A stretch of 62,773 bases of DNA from a virus. Lineage: Duplodnaviria; Caudoviricetes. Below are positions 9,074 through 17,111 of this stretch, piece by piece (the first letter of the stretch is position 1; the number at the start of each line of letters is the position of its first letter). The stretch is from positions 1 through 62,773 of IMG/VR virus record IMGVR_UViG_3300011921_000007, one strand, 5' to 3'. The notes beneath the pieces were generated by a model that saw nothing but the letters and a program-made list of their open reading frames with translations, searched no databases and was not told the origin of the DNA. The position numbers and the translations under genes are program-made.

Positions 9074-9525
9074 CTCCCAAATGAATTGATGCTACTCTGC
9101 ATACTGCCATACCCTGTGTATGCCTTGTTCGTCCGCTCTGTTTTGTGTTTTGGTGCTTGCTCGCGGTCCATCAGTCTGAATACCCTAGTAACGCTTTGCA
9201 CAAGTTTGTCATTGTTTGTAGGCGTCGCAACAGGTAGGTCAGATACAGGTTTTACATAGGGTATTGCCGCGTTGTATACATACTGCCGCTTACTATCAAC
9301 TGTGCGTTTCATACGGACTAAGTGCCCATTCAGCGTTAGCCATTCCAAGTATCGCTTACCCTTTTCAAATAACTGTAGGTCGGTTACGCAAACGCTACCT
9401 AAAACATCTTTACGTGCGGCAACATAGTTATACACAATCTCTCTGTTGGCATTTACTTCGGCGTCAATCTCGGCTTTCTTTCTAGCTGACCGCTGTCTTT
9501 CTTGTTCGTCGTGGTGTTTACTCAT
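9067..9525 (-). CDS. Hypothetical protein (possible winged helix)
   Basis: 152-aa ORF, overlapping start/stop junctions; YLEWLTLNGHLVR...YVY segment. Confidence 0.6.
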   Translation of the reverse strand: MSKHHDEQERQRSARKKAEIDAEVNANREIVYNYVAARKDVLGSVCVTDLQLFEKGKRYLEWLTLNGHLVRMKRTVDSKRQYVYNAAIPYVKPVSDLPVATPTNNDKLVQSVTRVFRLMDREQAPKHKTERTNKAYTGYGSMQSSINSFGSW

Positions 9526-10013
9526 AGTATCTCCAGTAATAAGTCGTCGTAACTAAAGGCGTCTTTGTCTTCACCGAACTCAATGGTCAGCAACATCCTA
9601 GGTTGTTCAAAGTTCAGCACCATGTGATTAACCTGTGTATTAAACACATAGTAAGTGTCGGGTTGATATTGTAGCTCAGTAAACTCCCCTACCACAACAT
9701 CTTTGTCGGGGGTGAATATGCAGTGGCTCAGTCCGTCCTGTGGGTTCAACACCATGTTAATACTTACACCCCTACGAGTATCTGTATGCCAGTTATAAAA
9801 CGTATGGGGTGGTAGCATCACCACCCCACCAATCAACGGATGCCTACTGCCTATGTCTGCTATCACAGGGTCAAGGGCTAGTATGTGGTTGGGCACTTGC
9901 GTTGCATCAAAGTTAAAGTACTTCACCCACTTGGCATCGCTACGCATAGCTTCCTGTATTACCGCATTACCTATGACTGACTTAGTTTTTATTTCGTGGT
10001 ACGGTAGCATCAC
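9522..10013 (-). CDS. Cupin/2OG-Fe(II) oxygenase-like protein
   Basis: YNWHTD (HxD) ... FNTQVNHMV ... R double-stranded beta-helix pattern. Confidence 0.6.
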   Translation of the reverse strand: MMLPYHEIKTKSVIGNAVIQEAMRSDAKWVKYFNFDATQVPNHILALDPVIADIGSRHPLIGGVVMLPPHTFYNWHTDTRRGVSINMVLNPQDGLSHCIFTPDKDVVVGEFTELQYQPDTYYVFNTQVNHMVLNFEQPRMLLTIEFGEDKDAFSYDDLLLEIL

Positions 10014-10164
10014 GCTTCTCCTTTTCTTTTATCATTTCATCCGCAATCTCGTAGCTACATCTTGCTACGTCAGCATATGATGCGTCTGTATCTATCTTTG
10101 AATTGGCTAACTGTCCGCACATAGCAAGCATAGCGAATAGGTCTCTTACATTAAGGTCGTCCAT
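9982..10164 (-). CDS. Small phage protein (RDLFAM...YEIADEM type)
   Basis: GGAG RBS; motif resembles common small phage proteins. Confidence 0.6.
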   Translation of the reverse strand: MDDLNVRDLFAMLAMCGQLANSKIDTDASYADVARCSYEIADEMIKEKEKRDATVPRNKN

Positions 10165-10333
10165 TCAATCTCTCCACAGGCTTAGCCAGTAAATATTTAT
10201 CACCCATACTATCAATCACAGCTTGCACTCGGCTCGCACGGTTAGGGTCGGGTTCAACCTTTAGTCCGTACATACTTTTTACTATGAGCCCATGACCGTA
10301 CTCGTCAAATATTCTTTCTATGTAATCAAACAT
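10151..10333 (-). CDS. Hypothetical protein
   Basis: AAGGAGAAGG RBS. Confidence 0.6.
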   Translation of the reverse strand: MFDYIERIFDEYGHGLIVKSMYGLKVEPDPNRASRVQAVIDSMGDKYLLAKPVERLNGRP

Positions 10334-10434
10334 AATCCTTCTCCTTTAGTTTACTTTTTGTCTTGAATCTATACTATGAGTTTAGTTTTGTGTGTAATTT
10401 TAAACCGTTTATTCAACACAAACTATTTATAGGG

Positions 10435-10485
10435 TGGGGTACTCGCCGACTTAACGCGAGTCGTGTGCGTGTCAGTTTTCCCCCA
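10435..10485 (-). ncRNA. Candidate structured RNA hairpin with loop E (GAA/AGUA) motif
   Basis: UGGGG-GAA-AA-CUGAC-ACGC-loop-GCGU-UAA-GUCGG-CG-AGUA-CCCCA. Confidence 0.5.
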
Positions 10486-10588
10486 GATGAAACCATATTT
10501 CTAAAATTAGAAAAAATATAAAGCCAAGCCACCAAAATGTAGGTGCTTGATTAGCCCAAAGAATAAACGATGTCATGAAGTAAATCAT
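10472..10588 (-). CDS. Small hydrophobic membrane peptide (38 aa)
   Basis: Not in track; MIYFMTSFILWANQAPTFWWLGFIFFLILEIWFHLGEN; ATGA overlap with upstream gene. Confidence 0.5.
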   Translation of the reverse strand: MIYFMTSFILWANQAPTFWWLGFIFFLILEIWFHLGEN

Positions 10589-10812
10589 ACACTTCGCCCA
10601 ATGTAGGTTGCCTTAACATTATCCTTGAATTGCAAAGTCACCGCGCACTCTTGCCCTTTGTTTCCATGCATTAGTTTGTATAGCCCAAATCCAATGGAAA
10701 CAATACAGATAAGTAGTAACGTTACTACCACTACGGTGGCTCGGTCTACGCTTGAATCTTTCTTGCAGTCGCAGTTACGACCTTGGTTACAGTTCTGATT
10801 ACACGGCATCAT
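10585..10812 (-). CDS. Cys-rich membrane protein
   Basis: CNQNCNQGRNCDC followed by one TM helix. Confidence 0.6.
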   Translation of the reverse strand: MMPCNQNCNQGRNCDCKKDSSVDRATVVVVTLLLICIVSIGFGLYKLMHGNKGQECAVTLQFKDNVKATYIGRSV

Positions 10813-11002
10813 CTTCTCCTGTAAAGTATTCTATTACTGTATCCAATGCCCCTATTACTTTGGTGTCGTACTCCACGTCGTCGGGGTGGGTTGAGTGCCA
10901 GTCAACAATCTGCTTCCTACTTGACTTCAAGTGTGCACCTACGATTGCATCCAGTATCTCGGCTAACTGCGTTGAGTCCGTTAAGTCTAATGTAATTTTC
11001 AT
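10799..11002 (-). CDS. Hypothetical protein
   Basis: ATGA overlap, GAGG RBS. Confidence 0.6.
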   Translation of the reverse strand: MKITLDLTDSTQLAEILDAIVGAHLKSSRKQIVDWHSTHPDDVEYDTKVIGALDTVIEYFTGEDDAV

Positions 11003-11244
11003 TCTAAGTCCTCTCTGAAGAATTCTTCTTCATCTATTATGATGCGGTGTGCATCGGCTTTCATTTGGTCAAGCACTTCAATGATACCCTCAAAGGTGTC
11101 GCTTGCTACTGTCGCATCGCAATACCCTTGGAGCGAGCCATCTCGGTCGTAGTACACTTCTTTAATTTCGTAATACGGTTCGTCAAACGCACCGCCAAAT
11201 TTAACCACGCGATAGTTCCATGACATGTCACTCGTTCCTTTCAA
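10999..11244 (-). CDS. Hypothetical phage protein (MSWNYRV type)
   Basis: MSWNYRVV...YEIKEVYY; true start probably the internal ATG. Confidence 0.6.
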   Translation of the reverse strand: MKGTSDMSWNYRVVKFGGAFDEPYYEIKEVYYDRDGSLQGYCDATVASDTFEGIIEVLDQMKADAHRIIIDEEEFFREDLE

Positions 11245-12422
11245 TTAGTTAGTGTACTTACTTGAACAGTTTGTCCGACTGGGATATTAGGAACTGGCCG
11301 ACTATTAACGACAAGCCAAAGTACAGGCAAATCACCCCAATCCCCAACACTATCCCCATAAAACTCTCCATCGGTAATAACGATTGCACATACGTATTCA
11401 TTTTTATTCTCCTTTATCCAATCAGTAATACATGATGGTGACGTACCACCACCGCCCACAGGCTTGACTGCGCTAGCCAGTGCATCCATAGCACCGCGCT
11501 CAAAACTATCCACGCCCACTACCTTACTACCCCACCATGCGATGTCTATGCCGTTCGGCTGTGTTTCGTTAGCTAGCTGTTGCATGTACCCCATGAACGT
11601 AGAAAGCAAGCCGTCATCAATCGAACCAGACGTATCGCCAGCAATCAACACACGACCAATGCTCTCGCTGTATGGTGCTGGGATATACAAGTCATATGCT
11701 ACGTAAGTACGGTGTGGTCTGCGCCATGTTTGTTTGTCATTACCTGCACACGCACTCTTAAAGAACTCAGCAAGCAATGTCTTCCAATCCACCTCGGGCA
11801 CTAGCATCGCAGACACGCTACGCGGCATACTCGCACCGATACTACCAGCTAACGCGGCTTGACGTAGTGCGTTGTCTACCTGTACCTCAATGTCCTTGGC
11901 TTCTTCCTCAGATATTTGGTCGGCTTCTTCCCAGTCATGGTCGTCGTGTCCGCTCTGCGGTACTTCCGTAGCGTTCTTGGCAAGGTCATCGTACACAGCC
12001 TTGACGTTCCACACATCCGCATCGCTGTACTGGGGCATGTACACACCACCCTCAACGAACTCAATGCCAGCCTTACCGTACAAGTACTGGGTGTTGATTA
12101 CCGCATCACATGCAATGTTGGCTAATTCGGGTGACTCTTTCCATAGTGACTGCCATACAAACAAGTGCCTAAACATCTTATGGAAGTTCTCATGCAACAC
12201 GATGAACTTAATCTGCGGCAAGGTAAGCCCCTCGATAAAGTCACGGTGGTACAATTCGTTCAAGCCATCGGTCGCGGCTGTCTGCACCTTGTGGTCACCA
12301 TCAACAATCCCACTGCTACCCATCATAACGATACCAGCCATCCATTTCCATTGGTCGTCGTTCATGATAGCAACTTTGGTTTTGCTAATCAACTGCTCTG
12401 CTGTTAATTCATCATGTCTCAT
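11241..12422 (-). CDS. Metallopeptidase + von Willebrand A domain protein (DUF2201-like)
   Basis: TAATDG, HENFH (HExxH), NIACD..IN; MIDAS DTSGS...GGGT...TDG. Confidence 0.88.
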   Translation of the reverse strand: MRHDELTAEQLISKTKVAIMNDDQWKWMAGIVMMGSSGIVDGDHKVQTAATDGLNELYHRDFIEGLTLPQIKFIVLHENFHKMFRHLFVWQSLWKESPELANIACDAVINTQYLYGKAGIEFVEGGVYMPQYSDADVWNVKAVYDDLAKNATEVPQSGHDDHDWEEADQISEEEAKDIEVQVDNALRQAALAGSIGASMPRSVSAMLVPEVDWKTLLAEFFKSACAGNDKQTWRRPHRTYVAYDLYIPAPYSESIGRVLIAGDTSGSIDDGLLSTFMGYMQQLANETQPNGIDIAWWGSKVVGVDSFERGAMDALASAVKPVGGGGTSPSCITDWIKENKNEYVCAIVITDGEFYGDSVGDWGDLPVLWLVVNSRPVPNIPVGQTVQVSTLTN

Positions 12423-12663
12423 TTATAAACTCCAATCCTTTATCGGTCAGTCTAAAGTGTAAGTATTCGCCCGGCTTTAGCTCGGGGTCGTTTTTGCGCT
12501 CGATGTAGCCTTCTTTTTCGGGGTAACCCAATCTAAACTTATCGTATATCTCATGAAAATTTACCCATCGTGTCCCATACATAACCAACCATTCAGTTAG
12601 TTGTGTGCGGCAGTTAGAACCAATCAGCGATGACGACATCGACTTTGTGTTTGATTTCATCAC
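12412..12663 (-). CDS. Small winged-helix-like protein
   Basis: LTEWL...FRLTDKGLEFINE wing motif; start uncertain. Confidence 0.55.
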   Translation of the reverse strand: MMKSNTKSMSSSLIGSNCRTQLTEWLVMYGTRWVNFHEIYDKFRLGYPEKEGYIERKNDPELKPGEYLHFRLTDKGLEFINET

Positions 12664-13459
12664 GTGCTCCCTCTAATCTAATCTCGCTGGCATCCACACC
12701 CAATAAGGCTGACTCCAATGAACTCCTAGCCTTCTCCAACTTAGGGTCATTCGTTACGTTCAATCTCTTTAGCATGTCGCACAATTCTACAGCATTCTCT
12801 ACCATGCTGTCACGGAATATCTTAGCCTTGCCAGTACTATCATAGCCTAGCCTGTCGCTCATGTGTTTAAGCGTGTCGTGCAGTCTAATCCATAGGTCTT
12901 GGTTCACCTGTGCAATGCGCTCGTTGTACATCGCTTCGTACTCCTTCTGCATGCTCTCTACTACTTCATTCGGTGCATCGATACGGAAGTCGCCTGTGCT
13001 TGGTAGGGGTAGGAAGCCCACCTTGAACCTAAACTTAGTAGCAATCTCCTCAACGTCGGGGAATTCGTTACGGTCAAACAACGCACCCAGCTGGAAGGCT
13101 TGCGCACTAATCAACGTAGGGTAGTCACGTAGGAACTCTGCCACTAGCTGATTGAACGTAGCTTCTTGGTCGTTAATCCATTGCTTCAACTCAAAGAACT
13201 GCATCATAGGTACCAAGCGTTGCCCACTGTCAGACCAAGGCAATGTCAAACGATAGAAGTCATTGCGCGTTAAAGCCACGAAGTCAGTCACACGTTTAAG
13301 GTTGTTCATACCAGCCAGTAGGTTCTTGTTAACGCGTGCCGCATCATCGCTGAACGCGCCCTTGTTTACCTTAACTTCTTTTGACGCAGTTTTGTCTAGC
13401 TTCCGCGCTGTCCATGTTGATACGTTTAGTTCTACTATTGCCGCATTTAATGTTGTCAT
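12614..13459 (-). CDS. Conserved protein of AAA/vWA module (DUF3150-like)
   Basis: W.ARKLD...K.LL...TLPW...G.RL; located between AAA ATPase and vWA genes. Confidence 0.6.
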   Translation of the reverse strand: MTTLNAAIVELNVSTWTARKLDKTASKEVKVNKGAFSDDAARVNKNLLAGMNNLKRVTDFVALTRNDFYRLTLPWSDSGQRLVPMMQFFELKQWINDQEATFNQLVAEFLRDYPTLISAQAFQLGALFDRNEFPDVEEIATKFRFKVGFLPLPSTGDFRIDAPNEVVESMQKEYEAMYNERIAQVNQDLWIRLHDTLKHMSDRLGYDSTGKAKIFRDSMVENAVELCDMLKRLNVTNDPKLEKARSSLESALLGVDASEIRLEGARDEIKHKVDVVIADWF

Positions 13460-13668
13460 TTCTGATTCTCCTGTAAATATCTTATACCTTCTTTAGTAAG
13501 CTTCATCATCATAGGCATACCGACTGATACGTCCACTAGATACCCAAGCCGCATCGCCTTTATCAGCATTGTTATGGGTATCGTTGACGACCTGTTAATA
13601 TCCACTATGTTAGTCCCATGTGTAATCAGCCACTCGGTTAGAAACGGTATCATCTGCTTCTTACTCAT
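13456..13668 (-). CDS. Small winged-helix-like protein
   Basis: LTEWL...KLTKEGIRYLQE. Confidence 0.55.
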   Translation of the reverse strand: MSKKQMIPFLTEWLITHGTNIVDINRSSTIPITMLIKAMRLGYLVDVSVGMPMMMKLTKEGIRYLQENQK

Positions 13669-13889
13669 ACCAAATCCTTATGCTCGTTGATAAACGCGTG
13701 CCCTTGTTTAGTCAGCACTATTTCATAATGCCGTTTATTACCCTCTTGCCATTTAACAAGCCCGTTATATATCAAACGATATAGCTTTACATTATCCACA
13801 AGGTTGTATGTGTCAATGGACTTGGTAATAAGCACTTGCACTAAAAAGTCACGCATATCAATACGCTTTTGTTTAGCTAAAGTATCCAT
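13665..13889 (-). CDS. Small winged-helix-like protein
   Basis: GLVKW...VLTKQGHAFINE. Confidence 0.55.
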   Translation of the reverse strand: MDTLAKQKRIDMRDFLVQVLITKSIDTYNLVDNVKLYRLIYNGLVKWQEGNKRHYEIVLTKQGHAFINEHKDLV

Positions 13890-14980
13890 GAGTTAGCTAT
13901 TGCAAACGTTTTAATCTGCTGGTTGCTAAGCGCAATGCTCTTTACCGATGGTGTAGATACTATGGTTTTAATCCACGTACTCATCACCTCTTTAGGCAAG
14001 CGTTGGAAGTACGTAGCAAACGCATCCACGTTATCCGCCTTAAGGTATTGCAATGACTTAAACGCTAGCATCAGCTGTGCTGGTGCGCTCTTTGGTACTC
14101 GCGCATTATCGGGTTGCTTCACGATATCATCCAGTGTGGGTAGGTCACCGCCCAACGCAAACATTGCGCTCATATCCAATGCCGCTTTCATACCTACCGT
14201 ACCAATCAGTGCCTTGGTCATTAGTGCTTCGCCTGTTGTGTCCATGTTATATATCTGATGGCTAGCTAGCTCTAAGGTACGTGGGCACACGTACTGCTGG
14301 TTGTTGTGTTGTGGGTGGAATATATAATGGAATATCCCTTGCCCGTCCTTGTGCGCTCTAGCATCAAACTCTGTGTCCTTATACGAATGAAAGATAGCAG
14401 GGTTCTGTTTAGCCCACGTGATAACAAGCTCATGGATAGCATTGTTAATTGCCCACGCTTGCCACTCATCACCCATCGGCTTACGCATTGGCACACGAAC
14501 TACACGGCTGTTGCTATGGGCATTGGTTCTGTCACCCACACCATCAGTCGCAAAGTTCGTTGTGCCGAATACGATACTGCCCTCGGGTAACTTGTAGTCA
14601 CCCACCATCTGCTCAAGCAATAGGCGGTTCATCATTAGCTTAACAAAGTCCGTACCCTTAAACACCTCATCAAGTAAGATGACTTTAGGTTTGCTCTTGT
14701 CCGTGCCTAGCCATATCTCGTTTACGAACGCTCGCGTGACCTTAGCTTCGTGGTCGGGCATTGAAAGCGCAATGTCGGGAATGTCTTTTAACGGCACGTC
14801 GACGTAGACAAAGTCGTAGTCACTCGTTCCCATTTGTTCCTTAAGGGATTTCAAGATACTAGACTTGCCCACGCCGGGCTCACCCTCAAAAATGTACGAT
14901 ACTTTGTTACCATTTGTACGTACTAAAGTCGCCGCTTCGTGGTGATTAACTGCAAAATTGTACGCATTTGTTGTTGCCAT
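13877..14980 (-). CDS. AAA+ ATPase (MoxR/AAA_5-like)
   Basis: Walker A GEPGVGKS, Walker B ILLDE, sensor TTN, CPRT. Confidence 0.9.
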   Translation of the reverse strand: MATTNAYNFAVNHHEAATLVRTNGNKVSYIFEGEPGVGKSSILKSLKEQMGTSDYDFVYVDVPLKDIPDIALSMPDHEAKVTRAFVNEIWLGTDKSKPKVILLDEVFKGTDFVKLMMNRLLLEQMVGDYKLPEGSIVFGTTNFATDGVGDRTNAHSNSRVVRVPMRKPMGDEWQAWAINNAIHELVITWAKQNPAIFHSYKDTEFDARAHKDGQGIFHYIFHPQHNNQQYVCPRTLELASHQIYNMDTTGEALMTKALIGTVGMKAALDMSAMFALGGDLPTLDDIVKQPDNARVPKSAPAQLMLAFKSLQYLKADNVDAFATYFQRLPKEVMSTWIKTIVSTPSVKSIALSNQQIKTFAIANSWIL

Positions 14981-15001
14981 GATGTTCTCCTATTGTTTTA
15001 T

Positions 15002-15484
15002 TTATACTGCGTAAGACTTCAATGTCTTGATTGCGTCTAATAGTATGCTCGCTTCTGCTGGTGGTGCCGCATACAACGAACCTTGGTAGTCGAACTGTAC
15101 CAAAGTAGGCATCACTGTAACGTCTAGGTTGTCCACGTTCTTAACAGCGCGTTGCAATATCTCGCATGCTTCTTTAATTGATACAGTAGGGTGTACTGTC
15201 ATCGTAGTGTGTGCTGTCGTTGGTGCTTGTACTGGTGTTGCATTAGCGTTAGCGTTAGCCTTAGCCTGTGCCTTAGCGCGTGCCTTAGCACGAGCCTTGT
15301 GTTTCTTTTCCCAACGCATTTGATACACAAGCTGTGCATCGCAGTTAGCCCAGCGTGCTACCTCTGCTGGTTTCATGTCGGGGTACTTGTTAAAGATTGA
15401 TTTGATATGTGCGCGTTGCTTTGCGTACTTAGCTTTTACTGCTACTGCTGGTGATGCTGATGGTGAATCTGAAACTAATTGCAT
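15002..15484 (-). CDS. Putative HTH DNA-binding protein with Ala/Lys linker
   Basis: KYPDMKPAEVARWANCDAQLVYQMR HTH-like; (AKA)n repeat; ATG 15484 with AAGGAG. Confidence 0.6.
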   Translation of the reverse strand: MQLVSDSPSASPAVAVKAKYAKQRAHIKSIFNKYPDMKPAEVARWANCDAQLVYQMRWEKKHKARAKARAKAQAKANANANATPVQAPTTAHTTMTVHPTVSIKEACEILQRAVKNVDNLDVTVMPTLVQFDYQGSLYAAPPAEASILLDAIKTLKSYAV

Positions 15485-15512
15485 GTCGTTCTCCTTGGTT
15501 AAAAAGTCCACG

Positions 15513-15526
15513 CGGACAAATGTCCG
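15513..15526. promoter_or_regulatory. Palindromic operator-like box 1 CGGACAAATGTCCG
   Basis: Between promoter 15563-15590 and RBS of 15484; one of six copies. Confidence 0.75.
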
Positions 15527-15562
15527 AATGGGGTACTACACTTACTACTCACTAGGTCTACC

Positions 15563-15590
15563 ATTATACACCGTCTGAGTCTTATTGCAA
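15563..15590 (-). promoter_or_regulatory. Sigma70-type early promoter
   Basis: TTGCAA-16 nt-TATAAT on minus strand. Confidence 0.6.
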
Positions 15591-15605
15591 GCGTGTGATA
15601 TTGTA

Positions 15606-15827
15606 TTACCACAACATCCTGTCCAATTCATCTTGGTACTTAGGTAGTACGGTTACTTCTCTGCCATCAAAGCACGCTTCCAAGTAATCACGCACAAAGT
15701 TAGTCAGCTGTGATGGGGGTACGGTCGGCTCATCAAATTCATGTATGCCGCGCCTGTTCCAATTAGTCCCGTGTCTTAGTGTTGCCATCTTTTTTATCCT
15801 TATCAAATAGTCCATTCTTTTCTGCAA
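15606..15827 (-). CDS. Hypothetical protein
   Basis: ORF in early operon; start probably internal MATLRHG. Confidence 0.5.
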   Translation of the reverse strand: MQKRMDYLIRIKKMATLRHGTNWNRRGIHEFDEPTVPPSQLTNFVRDYLEACFDGREVTVLPKYQDELDRMLW

Positions 15828-16017
15828 AGTGTATCGCTACCAACCTTGCCTGTGTACAACGTGCTCGCTCTTTGAGCAGGGCTACTGCTAGCCCCATCGC
15901 CACCGCCTGCCATGCTAGTGCGTAGTAGTTCTCTGTTAGAAACCCATACACAGCCAGCACAACAGACAACACAAGCAAGCCCACGTTATCCCATCTAATG
16001 CGTAGTATCGTAGCCAT
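15763..16017 (-). CDS. Membrane protein (2 TM)
   Basis: Two hydrophobic helices; start overlaps stop of peptidase gene. Confidence 0.6.
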   Translation of the reverse strand: MATILRIRWDNVGLLVLSVVLAVYGFLTENYYALAWQAVAMGLAVALLKERARCTQARLVAIHFAEKNGLFDKDKKDGNTKTRD

Positions 16018-17063
16018 TACATCATCCCCACTGCTAGATGGTCGCGGTCGTAGTCAGTGTACGCATCGGATAGCGCGTAGCTAGCTTCCTCAATCTGGTC
16101 GGCTAGGTCTTGCAACAGCATGGCTACGTCCTCGGGGTCTGCCTTGCTTACCCACTCGGCTACGCTACGTGTAGACACAGTCAACAGCTGATTAACCGAT
16201 GGTATCTCGTACGCATCTATGGCTGATGGTGTAGTGCCACGGTTAGTCTGCCATGAATTAAACCCGCCGTAGCTAGGGTAGCTAGTAGGCTGACGGTACT
16301 CACGCTTGGTCGGGTCACGCTCGGCAACAAGGGTAATGTTGTCCCAATCCAGTGCACATATAGCATCGCGCAACGCAAGGCAGTGGTTAGTGTCAAGCGA
16401 CTCAAAATGGCTGTGCTCGCTGTCGTACCCAATACTTATGTTGACGCACTCGGGTATGATGTCCATGTACTCTGCTGTATCGGTGTACACACCTGTCGGG
16501 TCTAGCACGTAGCCCAAGCCAAACAATTCAGCTAGCTGATTGCCTAACGCATCGCTACACGCACGCTCGCCACGCTGATGGGTAATGATACTGGTCGTAC
16601 CTCGCCTGTCAAAAGCAATAGCATGGGTAAACTCTGCCAGCCACGCACGATGATGGATAGCCATCTCGCCACTACCCCAGCAACCAATCTCCTCGCCGCG
16701 ATGGAATATGTACGTACCTGCAACACCACGCGCAATCATGTTGAACATAAGCCACATGCCAGCACCATCGTCAGCACCTAAGCAGTCTGCCTTGTCGGTA
16801 ACGAAAGCCATGCCGTCATCGGACACCCACACTTCTTGCGTGAGGACACCCTCGTTTGCTCCCTTGTCGCGGTGCATCGTGTCTACGTGAGCCGACCATA
16901 AAACCCCGTTACGCTTGACGTCTACAACGTAGGCGATGACTTGCCCATCTGCACCTAGCATGGGTGTTGGGTCTAACGGCAGTATGAACCGCTCAATGAA
17001 TGATGCTTCGCCGTCGCTGTCATGTTGGCGACGTGTTTCTAAAATACTAATAAGTTGTTCCAT
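16017..17063 (-). CDS. Zn-dependent peptidase (M28/M20-like)
   Basis: SAHVDT, LGADDGAG, GEEIG, AFDRRG, YTD, EH ligands; start moved to ATG 17063 (AGGAG). Confidence 0.85.
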   Translation of the reverse strand: MEQLISILETRRQHDSDGEASFIERFILPLDPTPMLGADGQVIAYVVDVKRNGVLWSAHVDTMHRDKGANEGVLTQEVWVSDDGMAFVTDKADCLGADDGAGMWLMFNMIARGVAGTYIFHRGEEIGCWGSGEMAIHHRAWLAEFTHAIAFDRRGTTSIITHQRGERACSDALGNQLAELFGLGYVLDPTGVYTDTAEYMDIIPECVNISIGYDSEHSHFESLDTNHCLALRDAICALDWDNITLVAERDPTKREYRQPTSYPSYGGFNSWQTNRGTTPSAIDAYEIPSVNQLLTVSTRSVAEWVSKADPEDVAMLLQDLADQIEEASYALSDAYTDYDRDHLAVGMM

Positions 17064-17091
17064 TGTAATTCTCCTAATAGGTTGTGCCACT

Positions 17092-17105
17092 CGGACAAAT
17101 GTCCG
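17092..17105. promoter_or_regulatory. Palindromic operator-like box 2 CGGACAAATGTCCG
   Basis: Exact copy in short intergenic gap upstream of peptidase RBS. Confidence 0.75.
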
Positions 17106-17111
17106 CATGGG

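Noticed and set aside
11872-12462. Long opposite-strand ORFs (e.g. 11872-12462, 21749-22279, 41904-42410)
   Set aside because: Antisense shadows of well-supported genes caused by codon bias
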